Assembly: GCA_029974275.1 (NCBI GenBank)
Contig: JARKSN010000074.1
Coordinates: forward strand, 1 to 33,130
Origin: Candidatus Hydrogenedentota bacterium
GTDB taxonomy: Bacteria > Hydrogenedentota > Hydrogenedentia > Hydrogenedentales > SLHB01
Length of the DNA stretch: 33,130 nt
Direction of reading: 5' to 3'
A program made the translations under genes and the position numbers. Shown one piece after another: positions 9,938 to 20,406 of the stretch; the stretch's first letter is position 1, and the number at the start of each line of letters is the position of its first letter. Below the pieces are notes generated by a model. It ran no database searches. It had not been told where the DNA came from and saw only the letters and a list, made by a program, of their open reading frames with translations.

Positions 9938-11635
9938 ATGATGCACGCGAAACGAGTGAGAGTTTCATTGGCGATCGTAGTGACGCTGTTTCTGCTGAGC
10001 GGCGACGCGCTTGCCTGGGGCCCCAAGGCGCGGCGCGCCATCACGATAACGGGGTTGCAGATGGTCCGCCGAACGATTCCGGAGGCCTTCAAGACCGAGG
10101 ACGTCTCGTACGAAGAGGACGTGATGCGCGGCGCGAACGCCGGGCCTTCCGCGTTGGGGCCGTCGGCCGCGATGCACACGGCGGACCAAGCCATCACCTC
10201 CGTCGGCAACGAAATTCAGCTGCTGCGCGCCACGAAGCGCTACGGAACCGGCAGTTATTTCGCCTATCGCATGGGGGGCCTCGCGGCGTTGGTGTCAGAC
10301 CTCGCCCTGCCGTTCAGTTTCGAAAACGCCCCCGAGTTCTCGATGACGCAAAAACAGATCGAAAAAATCGTTGAAGACAAATCCAAGCGGCTTTCGTTTC
10401 AACCCGAGAGCGATCGGCTGCAATTCGTGCGCAGCCCGCAGGAGTACTTCGCCAAAACCCGTTCCCGGCTCGCCGATTCCGAACGTCTTATCAAGGCCGA
10501 CTTCGCCCTCGCGCCCGCCGCATCGGATTATCTCGAACAGGCCAGCCGCGGCTTCATGACCTCGGCCATCGAATCTGTCGCCAACGTATGGTACACCGTG
10601 CTGCTGCCGGGCAAGGACGCATCCGACGTCTCCCCGTCCGCCGAGGCCATTACGTGGTACCTAGTGGGCGAGATCGAATATCTGCTGCAGGTGCGACACA
10701 ACATCCCCGAAGCCGATCGCACCTATGCCAATTTCGCCACGGTGAATCCGGGCATCATGGCCGCCTATGACCGGCTGGGGGACATCTATTACGCCTACGG
10801 CGCAACGTCGCGCGCGGTCGAGCAATGGCAGCAGGCCATCCAGTTTTCCGGGGAAGGGCGCGCCCAAGTCCAAAAGAAACTTTCCGAGCATTACCTGAAT
10901 CTGGGCCGCAACGTGCTGGACCAAGCCGCGAAGCCGGGACACAAAGAGCGCGATCTCGAGGACGCCCTGAACGCTTTCCAAAGCGCTCTTGAGTACGATC
11001 GAACCAACGACGACATCGCCGCGCTCATCAGCAAAACCCGCATCGCCATCAAGGAACGCGAGGAGCGGCGCGAAACCGCCATCCGCATGATCGCCTCCGC
11101 CGAAAAGGTTGTGCGCGAAGCCGAAGCCCAGGAAATGAGCCAGGCGTTTGCGGACGCCATCGCGATGTATAAGCGTTCTGAGATGCTCTACGACGGCATC
11201 ACGGACGAATTCGCCGCCCAGACCAAAGCCGCCAAGGAAGGCAAGCAAGCGGTCAAGAAACGCGTCGCGAAAATCATCAACGACATGCTCGACGCAGCCC
11301 AGGAAGCCATTGAAAAAGGCGATGATCTGGTCGATCAGAACCAATTCGATCCCGCGATCGAGTTGTACCGCAATGTTCCGAGCATCGTGCGCCCGATTCC
11401 AAGCGATCCCGGATCGACCGCCGCGAAGGAAAAACAGACGCTTATCGACCGCGCATCGGCCCAATTGGACCGCGCCGAGATCGAAAAGCAAAAATACGCC
11501 GAATTGCAAAAACAACGCGCGGAACAAGCCGCCAAACAAGCCGCCGGGGCCCCTCCCGCCGCGCCGCCCCCCGATCAGGGCGGGCCAGCGCCGGCACAGC
11601 CCCCCCGGACCTCGCTCCGAAAAAAGGCGCAGTGA
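9938..11635 (+). CDS. Secreted protein with an N-terminal degenerate S1-P1 nuclease/Zn-phospholipase C-like domain, TPR/coiled-coil region and Pro-rich tail
   Basis: Signal peptide ending ALA-WGPK; G.LAALVSDLALPF motif; TPR-like AYDRLGDIYYAYG...AVEQWQQAI and ALNAFQSALEYD; PPAAPPP tail. Confidence 0.7.
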   Translation: MMHAKRVRVSLAIVVTLFLLSGDALAWGPKARRAITITGLQMVRRTIPEAFKTEDVSYEEDVMRGANAGPSALGPSAAMHTADQAITSVGNEIQLLRATKRYGTGSYFAYRMGGLAALVSDLALPFSFENAPEFSMTQKQIEKIVEDKSKRLSFQPESDRLQFVRSPQEYFAKTRSRLADSERLIKADFALAPAASDYLEQASRGFMTSAIESVANVWYTVLLPGKDASDVSPSAEAITWYLVGEIEYLLQVRHNIPEADRTYANFATVNPGIMAAYDRLGDIYYAYGATSRAVEQWQQAIQFSGEGRAQVQKKLSEHYLNLGRNVLDQAAKPGHKERDLEDALNAFQSALEYDRTNDDIAALISKTRIAIKEREERRETAIRMIASAEKVVREAEAQEMSQAFADAIAMYKRSEMLYDGITDEFAAQTKAAKEGKQAVKKRVAKIINDMLDAAQEAIEKGDDLVDQNQFDPAIELYRNVPSIVRPIPSDPGSTAAKEKQTLIDRASAQLDRAEIEKQKYAELQKQRAEQAAKQAAGAPPAAPPPDQGGPAPAQPPRTSLRKKAQ

Positions 11636-11762
11636 TCTGTTTGACCGCCTCCCGCCATCGCGTGCGCCGAATGGGGAGACGCGGGCTATTGCCCAATGCG
11701 TTTCGGCTTGGCGTGCGCGGCGCGGGCGGCTGCCAGGCCGATCGTAACAAAAGGATTTTTTT

Positions 11763-12818
11763 ATGCCACGAGAAACCATGTCGCCCCGCGAGCGGTGGCT
11801 CGCGACGCTTAACCGGGAGAAGCCCGACCGCGTCCCCATGGATTATTGGGCTACGCAGGAAGCTACGCGGCAATTGCTCGAATTCCTGGGCTGCGATTTC
11901 GAGACCATGACGCAGCGGCTGCATATCGACAAGCCGCTTGCCCTCGAACCTCGGTACGCGGGGCCGCCGTTGACCGGCTTCAGGGATTACTGGGGCATTC
12001 AGTATCGCAATGTCGACTATGGATCGGGCCTGTACGCCGAAGCGATCACCCATCCGCTCGCACAGTTCGCATCGGTAGAGGAAATCGAAGCCAACTACAC
12101 GTGGCCCACGGTCGACTGGTTCGACTTCTCCGCGCTTCCCGCTCTGGCGCGCGAGAATGCGCACCGCCCCATTCAAGGCGGCGGGTCCGAGCCTTTCCTC
12201 ATCTACAAGAATCTGCGCGGCGACGAGCAGGCTTTCCTGGACTTGCTCATGGCTCCGGAGATCGTTCACTACTGCCTCGACAAGATGTTCGGTTTCGCCT
12301 ACGACATGACGCTGCGCCTGTTCGAAACGGTTCCGGGCGCGGTGACGTACTCATACGTTGCAGAGGACCTCGGCGGACAAGATGCGTTGATGTACGCGCC
12401 GGATCAGATACGGGAGTTCCTCCTGCCCCGCATGAAGCGGATGATTGACTTGGTCCGCCAGCACGGATCGTTCGCATTCCATCATACCGACGGCGCGGTC
12501 CGCGACATTCTCCCGGATCTCATCGGCATCGGAATCCAGGTTCTCAATCCGATTCAATGGCGGTGTCCGGGCATGGAGCGGGAAGGGCTCAAACGCGATT
12601 TCGGCGATCGTCTTATCTTTCATGGCGCCGTGGACAATCAGCAGACCTTGCCCTTTGGCTCGGCGGGCGACGTGCGCCAGGAAGTGATGGACAATCTGCG
12701 CATTCTCGGAGCCGGAGGCGGGTATATCCTCGGTCCGTGCCACAACATCCAAGCCGTGACGCCGCCCGAAAACGTCATCGCCTTGTACGAGACCGGCTAC
12801 CACGAAGGCTGGCAATAA
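11763..12818 (+). CDS. Uroporphyrinogen decarboxylase-family protein (MtaA/CmuA-like fold; not canonical HemE)
   Basis: MSPRER...PDRVP, LRG.EQAFLDL, EDLGGQ..LM, FHHTDG, LNPIQ, FHGAVDNQ..LPFG, GGGYILGPCHNIQ..TPPENV. The HemE MRQAGR motif is absent. Confidence 0.85.
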   Translation: MPRETMSPRERWLATLNREKPDRVPMDYWATQEATRQLLEFLGCDFETMTQRLHIDKPLALEPRYAGPPLTGFRDYWGIQYRNVDYGSGLYAEAITHPLAQFASVEEIEANYTWPTVDWFDFSALPALARENAHRPIQGGGSEPFLIYKNLRGDEQAFLDLLMAPEIVHYCLDKMFGFAYDMTLRLFETVPGAVTYSYVAEDLGGQDALMYAPDQIREFLLPRMKRMIDLVRQHGSFAFHHTDGAVRDILPDLIGIGIQVLNPIQWRCPGMEREGLKRDFGDRLIFHGAVDNQQTLPFGSAGDVRQEVMDNLRILGAGGGYILGPCHNIQAVTPPENVIALYETGYHEGWQ

Positions 12819-12823
12819 CCGCC

Positions 12824-13876
12824 ATGCCGACGCGCAAACCCACACGTCCATTCCGGCAAAATCCGGGCCCCTCCCGGTCTTCGGGTCGTCCTGCGCCGCC
12901 CCCGCCGCGACAGCGCCCGCAGCCGTCCGGTCTGCGCGTTCGGTGGACGGACATCAAGGCGATGTACGACTATTGGGGCAATGAGATACGCCGGCATTAT
13001 CAGATAGAGACGCTTGGCCATGCGACCGAACGGCTGCTCGCCACGCACGATGCGTTTATCGTGCCGAGCATTCAACAATTGTTGGGGCCCGCGCCCCTGG
13101 TCAGTTTGACCTTCGAACTGTTCCAAGAGGGGGCTTTCCAGCTCATTTTCCGCGTCCGCGCGACCAATGCGCATCGCGCGCAGACGGTTTGTTCCTTTGT
13201 CGCGGCCAAGAAAGAAGGAGACGTCAGCCGCGTCGCCGCGATCGAACATGCCATCTTGAATATCCTCCATGCGCGCGCGCCCGAACATGTCGTGCGCCCG
13301 CTCCTCGGCGGAACCATCCCGCTGCCCGCCCGCGGCCAAACCGCCAAACCGCGCGTCATCTACGCGTATCTCGCCGCTTGGATCCCCCATCACCACGAAC
13401 TCGGCGTCACGCGCGATCTTCAGTTTTTCATCAATGTCAAGAACCGGCACGTATTCACGCAAGCGCAAACCGACGATCTCAAAGGGCAAATGATTGAAAT
13501 CATCGCCCGAACCTATGACCCCGTAAAGCGCGAATGCATGGAAATGCCCCAGATCGCTTCCGGCGATTTCGTGGTGACCAAACCGCCCCGCGGCGCCCCG
13601 CGCCTCAAGCTCATTGCCTGCCGCCAGATGCTCAAACGCGTTACGCCGGCGAGTTTGATTCAAACGCTGCTCCAGGCCCACTGGAACTGGGGCAGCCGTC
13701 TGTTGCGCCTTATGCCCTCCCGTCCCGAAATTTTCTGGAACGCGCTTGTCCGGGCGCGCGGCGCCGACGAAGCCCGCTCCTGGCTCAGCCAATACCGACA
13801 TGCCGTAGCGGCCGGCAAATTCCCTCAAAGCGCCCTGCTGTCTCCTGCGGAAATAGAGCGTCTCGGCGCCAGATAA
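12824..13876 (+). CDS. Hypothetical protein with probable protein-kinase-like fold
   Basis: ATG 5 nt after the upstream stop. Pro/Arg-rich N-terminus followed by a kinase-like order of elements: FQEGAFQLIFRV, AAIEHAILNILH, YLAAWI, ASGDFVV, LKLI. Confidence 0.6.
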   Translation: MPTRKPTRPFRQNPGPSRSSGRPAPPPPRQRPQPSGLRVRWTDIKAMYDYWGNEIRRHYQIETLGHATERLLATHDAFIVPSIQQLLGPAPLVSLTFELFQEGAFQLIFRVRATNAHRAQTVCSFVAAKKEGDVSRVAAIEHAILNILHARAPEHVVRPLLGGTIPLPARGQTAKPRVIYAYLAAWIPHHHELGVTRDLQFFINVKNRHVFTQAQTDDLKGQMIEIIARTYDPVKRECMEMPQIASGDFVVTKPPRGAPRLKLIACRQMLKRVTPASLIQTLLQAHWNWGSRLLRLMPSRPEIFWNALVRARGADEARSWLSQYRHAVAAGKFPQSALLSPAEIERLGAR

Positions 13877-13917
13877 CATCCTTTTCGGACTGCACGCCGG
13901 CGCGATTCGCCTTCTTC

Positions 13918-13947
13918 TTGATTGTTCTTTGAATTCCGTCCTATAAT
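13918..13947 (+). promoter_or_regulatory. Putative sigma70 promoter of guaBA
   Basis: TTGATT-18 nt-TATAAT, about 63 nt upstream of guaB. Confidence 0.6.
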
Positions 13948-14010
13948 TCGCTCTTCCTCTGGGCAGCCCTGCCGCTGGCCAGCGCAACGAAAACACAACA
14001 CCGAGGCATC

Positions 14011-15480
14011 ATGGTTGCTGAACACGGATTTCCAGAAGGTCTTGCGTTTGACGACGTGTTGCTGATTCCCGCCCGATCGGACGTGCTTCCGCGCGATGTG
14101 GACCTGCGCACGCGCCTGACGCGAAACTTGTCCATCAATATCCCGTTGGTGAGCGCGGCGATGGACACGGTGACCGAATCGCGTCTGGCCATTGCCATCG
14201 CGCAGCAAGGCGGCATCGGCATTATCCACAAGAATTTGTCCATCGATGAACAAGCCGGCGAAGTGGACCGCGTCAAGCGGTCGCAGGCGGGCATCATCAC
14301 CGATCCCTTCACGCTGACGCCCGACCGGAGCGTTCAGGAGGCCGAAGAACTCATGGCCCGCTACCGAGTGTCGGGCGTGCCCATCACCAACCAGGAAGGC
14401 AAGCTAGTCGGCATTCTGACCAATCGCGATCTGCGGTTTCACGAAGACTATTCCGTGCCCATCGGGGAGGTGATGACGAAGGACAACCTCGTCACCATTC
14501 CGCCGGGCACCTCGCGGGAGCGGGCCCGCGAATTGCTTCACAAACACCGGATCGAGAAACTGCCGATTGTCGACGAATCGGGCCGCCTGGTGGGGCTCAT
14601 CACCATCAAAGACATCTTGCGCGCGCGCGATTATCCCGACAGTTGCGTGGACCCGCTGGGCCGCTTGCGCGTGGGCGCCGCGCTGGGCGTGGGGCCATCG
14701 GAACTCGACCGCGCGCGGGCGTTGATGGACGTGAAGGTGGATGTCCTCGTTGTGGACACGGCCCATGGCCACAGCACGGCGGTGATCAAGACGGTCGAGG
14801 CTGTGCGCGGCGCGTTTCCCAACGTCGAGATCATCGCGGGCAACATCGTTACGGCGGCGGCGGCGCGCGATCTGGCCGCGGCGGGCGCAAGCGCGCTCAA
14901 AGTGGGCGTGGGGCCGGGATCGATCTGCACGACGCGCGTGGTCGCCGGGGCGGGCATGCCGCAGCTTGCGGCGGTGATGGACGTGGCCGAAGCCGCCGGG
15001 GAACTCGATCTCCCCGTGATCGCCGACGGAGGCATCCGCTACAGCGGCGATATCGTGAAGGCGCTGGCGGGCGGCGCGGACACCGTCATGATTGGCAGTC
15101 TGTTTTCCGGCACCGCCGAGAGTCCCGGCGAGACCGTCCTTTACGAAGGGCGCACGTACAAGGTGTATCGCGGCATGGGATCGGTCAAGGCCATGCAACG
15201 CGGCAGCAAGACCCGCTATTTCCAATTCGACGACGACGCGAAAAAGCTCGTGCCCGAGGGCGTTGAAGGACGCGTCCCCTATCGCGGGCCGTTGGCGGAT
15301 TATGTGCATCAGCTTCTTGGCGGCATTCGCGCGGGCATGGGCTACTGCGGATGCCGCACGATACCGGAATTGCAAGAAAGGGCCGCGTTCGTCCGCGTGA
15401 CCGCGTCGGGAGTTCGCGAAAGCCATCCTCACGATATCACCATCACCGAAGAACCCCCGAATTATCAGGTTATGAGGTAG
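14011..15480 (+). CDS. guaB: IMP dehydrogenase with CBS pair
   Basis: [61 protein letters not shown]. Confidence 0.98.
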   Translation: MVAEHGFPEGLAFDDVLLIPARSDVLPRDVDLRTRLTRNLSINIPLVSAAMDTVTESRLAIAIAQQGGIGIIHKNLSIDEQAGEVDRVKRSQAGIITDPFTLTPDRSVQEAEELMARYRVSGVPITNQEGKLVGILTNRDLRFHEDYSVPIGEVMTKDNLVTIPPGTSRERARELLHKHRIEKLPIVDESGRLVGLITIKDILRARDYPDSCVDPLGRLRVGAALGVGPSELDRARALMDVKVDVLVVDTAHGHSTAVIKTVEAVRGAFPNVEIIAGNIVTAAAARDLAAAGASALKVGVGPGSICTTRVVAGAGMPQLAAVMDVAEAAGELDLPVIADGGIRYSGDIVKALAGGADTVMIGSLFSGTAESPGETVLYEGRTYKVYRGMGSVKAMQRGSKTRYFQFDDDAKKLVPEGVEGRVPYRGPLADYVHQLLGGIRAGMGYCGCRTIPELQERAAFVRVTASGVRESHPHDITITEEPPNYQVMR

Positions 15481-15482
15481 CC

Positions 15483-17030
15483 ATGGAGGGAGTCGGCCGC
15501 CCGATCGTCGTTCTCGACTTCGGCGCTCAATACAGCAAACTCATCGCGCGGCGCGTGCGTGAGGCGAACGTGTACAGTCTCATTCTGCCCTACGACACCC
15601 CCATCGCGATCCTGCGCGCTCACGATCCGGCGGGCATCGTTTTCAGCGGCGGGCCGGCCAGCGTGCATGCGGACGGATCCCCCTTGCCGGACCCGGCGCT
15701 GTTCGAACTCGGCTTGCCGATTCTGGGCATTTGCTACGGCACGCAGGTGTTCGCGCACATGCTGGGGGGGAAGGTTGAACGCAGCGCCAAACGCGAATAC
15801 GGCATTGCGCATCTCGACGCCACGGATGGAACCGGCTTTTTCGCGGGCATGGACCCGCACGCGCAAGTCTGGATGAGCCACGGCGACTCGATTTCCGTTC
15901 TCCCGCCGGGATTCCAGGTCATCGGCAGCACCGAAAACTGCCCGTATGCGGCGATTGCCGACGTGACGCGGCGTTTCTACGGCGTGCAATTTCATCCGGA
16001 AGTGGTTCACACCCCGCAAGGCGCGCGGCTCATCGCCAATTTCGTGCACGGCGTGTGCGGATGCGGCGCCTTGTGGAACATGGGGTCCTTCGCGGACCTG
16101 GCGATCAAGGCCATCCGCGAACAGACGGGCGACGGCCACGTGGTCTGCGGTCTCTCCGGCGGGGTGGACTCGAGCGTCGCGGCGGTGTTGCTGCATCGCG
16201 CGATCGGCGATCGGCTGACCTGCGTATTCGTGAACAACGGCCTGCTCCGCAAGGGCGAACCGGAAATGGTGCAGCAGGTGTTCCGCGATAATTTTCATAT
16301 CGACCTGTGCTACGTGGATGCCGAAGACCGGTTCTTGGAAGCGCTCCGAGGAGTGTCCGATCCGGAGCAAAAACGCAAAATCATCGGCGGCTTGTTTGTC
16401 GACATATTCGACGAAGAAGCCCACAAACTCGGCAAGGTCGATTTTTTGGCGCAAGGCACGCTTTACCCCGACGTGATTGAGAGCGTGTCCGCGACCGGCG
16501 GGCCGTCGGTCACGATCAAAAGCCACCACAACGTCGGCGGCTTGCCCGAAAAGATGAACCTGAAACTCATCGAGCCGTTGCGAGAGCTCTTCAAGGACGA
16601 AGTGCGCGCATTGGGCAAGGAACTGGGGCTGCCCGACGAGATCGTATGGCGTCACCCGTTCCCCGGCCCGGGCTTGGGCGTGCGGTGCATCGGAGAAATC
16701 ACGAAGGAACGTCTCGACACCTTGCGCGAAGCCGACGCGATCTTCATCGAAGAGATCAAGGCCGCGGGGCTGTACGGCGAGATTTGGCAGGCGCTCGTGT
16801 GCTTGTTGCCTGTGCGCAGCGTCGGCGTCCAGGGCGACGAACGCACCTACGAAGAAGTCTGCTCGCTGCGCGCCGTCACCAGCGAAGACGCCATGACCGC
16901 CGATTGGTACCGTTTCCCGCAAGAGGTTCTGCAACGTGTCGCCAGCCGCATTTGCAACGAGGCCAAGCGCATCAACCGCGTGTTATACGACGTCACCTCG
17001 AAGCCGCCTGCAACCATCGAATGGGAATAG
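15483..17030 (+). CDS. guaA: GMP synthase (glutamine-hydrolysing)
   Basis: [64 protein letters not shown] 15483 directly follows guaB. Confidence 0.98.
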   Translation: MEGVGRPIVVLDFGAQYSKLIARRVREANVYSLILPYDTPIAILRAHDPAGIVFSGGPASVHADGSPLPDPALFELGLPILGICYGTQVFAHMLGGKVERSAKREYGIAHLDATDGTGFFAGMDPHAQVWMSHGDSISVLPPGFQVIGSTENCPYAAIADVTRRFYGVQFHPEVVHTPQGARLIANFVHGVCGCGALWNMGSFADLAIKAIREQTGDGHVVCGLSGGVDSSVAAVLLHRAIGDRLTCVFVNNGLLRKGEPEMVQQVFRDNFHIDLCYVDAEDRFLEALRGVSDPEQKRKIIGGLFVDIFDEEAHKLGKVDFLAQGTLYPDVIESVSATGGPSVTIKSHHNVGGLPEKMNLKLIEPLRELFKDEVRALGKELGLPDEIVWRHPFPGPGLGVRCIGEITKERLDTLREADAIFIEEIKAAGLYGEIWQALVCLLPVRSVGVQGDERTYEEVCSLRAVTSEDAMTADWYRFPQEVLQRVASRICNEAKRINRVLYDVTSKPPATIEWE

Positions 17031-17086
17031 CCGCCGGCAATGCGCTTCTCGGCTATTCGGAACCGCGACGCGAGGCAAACGCCCAC

Positions 17087-17761
17087 ATGAAACAGATCCC
17101 CGGCCAGAAGGCCTCGAAATGGCGAGGGAAAACGCGCGTTCCCCGTCCCAAGCCGCCGCGTCTTTCGGAAGATATCCGTGCGCTTGTCGAAAAAGCCGAC
17201 GGCAAAGCCATCACGATGGGCGGCATTTTCGATAATTTCCCGACGCGTTCGCATGCACTGCTGTTCATTTTCTTTGGCGTGCCCCTGTCGAGTCCCATCG
17301 GCATTCCGGTGCTCACGACAATCCTTGGCCCCACGCTGGCATTGGTGTCGGTCTTTCTTGCGTTGAACAAGAGACCGTGGCTGCCGCGATTTCTCCGCGA
17401 CCGCGAAATATCGTATGAAGTCTTGACCGTTGTGACGGACCGGCTGTTGCGCGTGGCCGTGCGCGTGGAAAAAATGACGCGCTCCCGCTTGAGCATCATG
17501 GGGGTGACGCCGCCGGCCACGCGTTTTCATGGAGGCTATGCGTTTTTGTTGTCCATCATGGCGGCGCTGCCCATACCGATTCCTTTCGGCAACATGGTCG
17601 CCGCGGTCCCCATTGTATTGTTGGGGATTGGATTGCTCGAACGCGACGGTTTGTTCCTTCTCTTGGCGTATCTCGGGGCGATTCCTTGCATCGCGTTTTA
17701 CGCGGCGCTGTTTTTGCTCGGAAGGGAAGGCATGGCGCATCTCATCCTCCGCCTTGCGTGA
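17087..17761 (+). CDS. exoD: ExoD-family exopolysaccharide synthesis membrane protein
   Basis: PIGIP...ILG, PWLPRFL..REI, LPIPIPFGN.VAA..IVLLGIGLLERDG. Confidence 0.85.
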   Translation: MKQIPGQKASKWRGKTRVPRPKPPRLSEDIRALVEKADGKAITMGGIFDNFPTRSHALLFIFFGVPLSSPIGIPVLTTILGPTLALVSVFLALNKRPWLPRFLRDREISYEVLTVVTDRLLRVAVRVEKMTRSRLSIMGVTPPATRFHGGYAFLLSIMAALPIPIPFGNMVAAVPIVLLGIGLLERDGLFLLLAYLGAIPCIAFYAALFLLGREGMAHLILRLA

Positions 17762-17822
17762 TCCGTGAAGGCCGCACGCGATAGGAAGAGATGCGGAAGA
17801 AAGCTCGCCGTTCTTCGTTCCC

Positions 17823-17851
17823 TGGATTTCGTCGTTTCCGCCGATTACAAT
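17823..17851 (+). promoter_or_regulatory. Possible promoter for the DUF2339-cca unit
   Basis: TGGATT-17 nt-TACAAT, followed by the imperfect inverted repeat TGAAA...TTTCA. Confidence 0.35.
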
Positions 17852-17922
17852 GAAAACGCCCTTCTGTTTCAGTGATGTGCGCGTGGTTCAAACGTATCTG
17901 ATGGGAGCGTGCGCCCGATATC

Positions 17923-20406
17923 ATGGATTCCCAAACACGTATCGAGGAACTCGAACAGCGCGTCCATGACTTGACGGGAGAACTGGCGCGGCTGCGCGCG
18001 GCTCACCCGGATTCGGGCGGAAAAGAAACCGCGTTGGCGCTTCTCGTCGACGATGTGCGCCATGGCGTGGATCGCGCTATTGGCGGCGAGCGCGGCGAAC
18101 CGTTGGAGACGCGGATCGGCGGCATTTGGCTGGGCCGGGCGGCGGCGCTGGTCATGATGACCACGATTGGCCTGGGCGCGGCTACATCCTTCGGCGCGGA
18201 CATGATGGGGCCGTCGCGCAAAGTCGCGTTGGTCTACGCGTGTGCCATCGCGGCGCTGGCGTACGGCCTGTTTCCGCGCAAACAGCGCGATCCTTTCGCC
18301 ATGACCGTTCTGGGCGCGGGGTTTGCCGGGCTCTACTTTGCGACGTACGCCGCGTTTTTCGTTGCGGGCATGCGCGTGTTCTCCCATACGCTGTACGCGT
18401 TGCCTGCACTGGCGGCGTGTTTGGCGGCGCTCGTGGCGACGGCGCACTGGAAACGCAGCCAAACCGTTGCCGGCATCGCGCTGTTTCTCGTGTGCTACAC
18501 CGTGTTGTTCAGTTGCACGCAAGGGCGGCGCGAGGAAGACCTGCTGTACGCGCTGGCCACGTGCGCGGCCTTATCCGCCGTGGCGCTTGGATTCCACGTC
18601 GCGCATCGATGGACAACATTCACTTGGGTGTCGTTTGTCGCGTCCTACGTCGCCTACATCTTGTTCTTTCTGCGACTTCCCTTTTTCCAAGACATTCCCC
18701 CGGCGTCGCATTTTTGGCTTTCGAGCGGATTCTTGACGCTGTGTTTCGCGATGTTCGCCATGGTTGGCGTCGTGGATGTCCGCTCGAAAGGCCGCCGCGT
18801 CAGCGTTTCCCTGGCGGCCTGCAACACCCTCGCCTATTTCGCGTTGATGCACCGCCCGGTTCAACAGGCCTATCCGGAGCAGGCGTGGGCGTTTTGCGTC
18901 GCGCTGGCGGCGTTCTCCTTGATGCTGTCGGCTCTCGCGAAAAGCGCCGGATCGCAACGCAATGCCTTGCGCCACGTTCACGTATCCGCCGCGGCGATTC
19001 TCGCAGCGTGGAGCATCCAATCCGTCTTGAGCGGCGCGGCGATGTGGGTCGCGTTGGCGGGCATGTGCTTGTTGCTCGCTATCGCATATCTGTGTACGCG
19101 CACAGCCGTGTTCCAGGTCCTCAATATCGCGCTGTTGTTCATGGTCGTGATGGGCTGCTTGTTTCGCGCGCATTGGGGCGGTCTCATTTCCGTTCACGGT
19201 TTCCAGATGCCGGCAAACTGGTTTGGCGCGTTGGGCGTGAGCGCCTTTTTCGCGCTGATCGCCTTCGTCTACAATCGTTGGGAGCCCCGCCCGAAGCCTG
19301 GGCAACAACGGATGAGCGCACAGGGGGGGGGCGCCGGCGCGCCGCTGAATTTCGCGGGCACATTGCTGTCGATGGCGCATGCCGCATCCGCCGCCTTGAT
19401 TTTGATGATGACCGCGCTGTTTGAATTCGGCGACGATCCCGCGCTGCCGTACCTTTTGGCGGCGCAGAGCCTCGCATTGGCGGCCGCAGGCATCCTCTTG
19501 GGCGCGCCCCAACTAAAAGCCGCGAGCGTGATCCCGTTGGGCGGAGCCCACGTCGCCTACCACTTCTACGTGTTCATCGAAAAACCCGGATTTGAAACGC
19601 AAAGCGGCTACCTGGCGTATTCGTTGCTCCTCACGGCCTTCACGTATCTTGCCGGCCACTATTGGACGCGTTACCTCGAACGGCTTCCGGGCAACGCTCG
19701 ATGGGACCACTATTTCGCCGCGGCCATACCCTACCTGATGGCCACGGCCATGCTGGCGACGCTGATCGCGCGGTCGCTGGATTGGGTCTACGCGCCGTTG
19801 ACCTACAACGTTCTGGGCGTCGCGTTGGTGTTGTTGGGCGCGTTGACGGCGCTGACCGGCGTCAAGGCGTCGGGCGTCCTGCTGCTGACGATTGGAACCT
19901 TCGATTTTTACCGCAACATGCCGGCGTTCGCGTCCGTGTTGGATGTCGCCGGCGACTTTGCGTTGTATGCCGGGATCATGGTTCTCTGTTACGCCGCCGG
20001 AGAGCGCCTGCTGCATCTTGTCCGCGGCAAATCCGGCGATCCGGCGTACGCCGAAGACGCCGTCCGCACGTTGCTCGCGGCGGCGGCGGCGGCCATCGGC
20101 GTCGCCGCCCTAAGCGCCTGGGCCAATGCCCGCGCGCTCACCCTATTCCTGATTGTCTATGCTGTTGGCGCGTTCGTCATCGGCGCGTTGTTCCGCGAAG
20201 CGCGCTACCGTTGGGCCGCATTGTGCGTTTTTGCCGTCGCGTTGGTGCGCGCATTCCGCTATGACCTGGTGCGGCTCGAACCCTTCTGGCAAGTCCTTTC
20301 CTTTTCGGGGCTCACCGTGGCGTTGCTCGCGATTTCCTGGTTCTATTCGCGCTATCGGCTGCGCAAGCTCCGCGCGGACCGGCGGACGCATGACAACGCG
20401 CATTGA
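17923..20406 (+). CDS. DUF2339-like polytopic membrane protein
   Basis: N-terminal coiled coil RIEELEQRVHDL, LETRIGGIWLGR, G.GFAGLYFATYAA, many hydrophobic helices, C-terminal FRYDL.....QVLSF.GL...LLAISWFY.R. Confidence 0.8.
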   Translation: MDSQTRIEELEQRVHDLTGELARLRAAHPDSGGKETALALLVDDVRHGVDRAIGGERGEPLETRIGGIWLGRAAALVMMTTIGLGAATSFGADMMGPSRKVALVYACAIAALAYGLFPRKQRDPFAMTVLGAGFAGLYFATYAAFFVAGMRVFSHTLYALPALAACLAALVATAHWKRSQTVAGIALFLVCYTVLFSCTQGRREEDLLYALATCAALSAVALGFHVAHRWTTFTWVSFVASYVAYILFFLRLPFFQDIPPASHFWLSSGFLTLCFAMFAMVGVVDVRSKGRRVSVSLAACNTLAYFALMHRPVQQAYPEQAWAFCVALAAFSLMLSALAKSAGSQRNALRHVHVSAAAILAAWSIQSVLSGAAMWVALAGMCLLLAIAYLCTRTAVFQVLNIALLFMVVMGCLFRAHWGGLISVHGFQMPANWFGALGVSAFFALIAFVYNRWEPRPKPGQQRMSAQGGGAGAPLNFAGTLLSMAHAASAALILMMTALFEFGDDPALPYLLAAQSLALAAAGILLGAPQLKAASVIPLGGAHVAYHFYVFIEKPGFETQSGYLAYSLLLTAFTYLAGHYWTRYLERLPGNARWDHYFAAAIPYLMATAMLATLIARSLDWVYAPLTYNVLGVALVLLGALTALTGVKASGVLLLTIGTFDFYRNMPAFASVLDVAGDFALYAGIMVLCYAAGERLLHLVRGKSGDPAYAEDAVRTLLAAAAAAIGVAALSAWANARALTLFLIVYAVGAFVIGALFREARYRWAALCVFAVALVRAFRYDLVRLEPFWQVLSFSGLTVALLAISWFYSRYRLRKLRADRRTHDNAH

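Noticed and set aside
11763..12818. Calling the URO-D-family gene hemE because sirC/cobA are in the window
   Set aside because: It lacks the MRQAGR signature of HemE and lies 10 kb from sirC/cobA.
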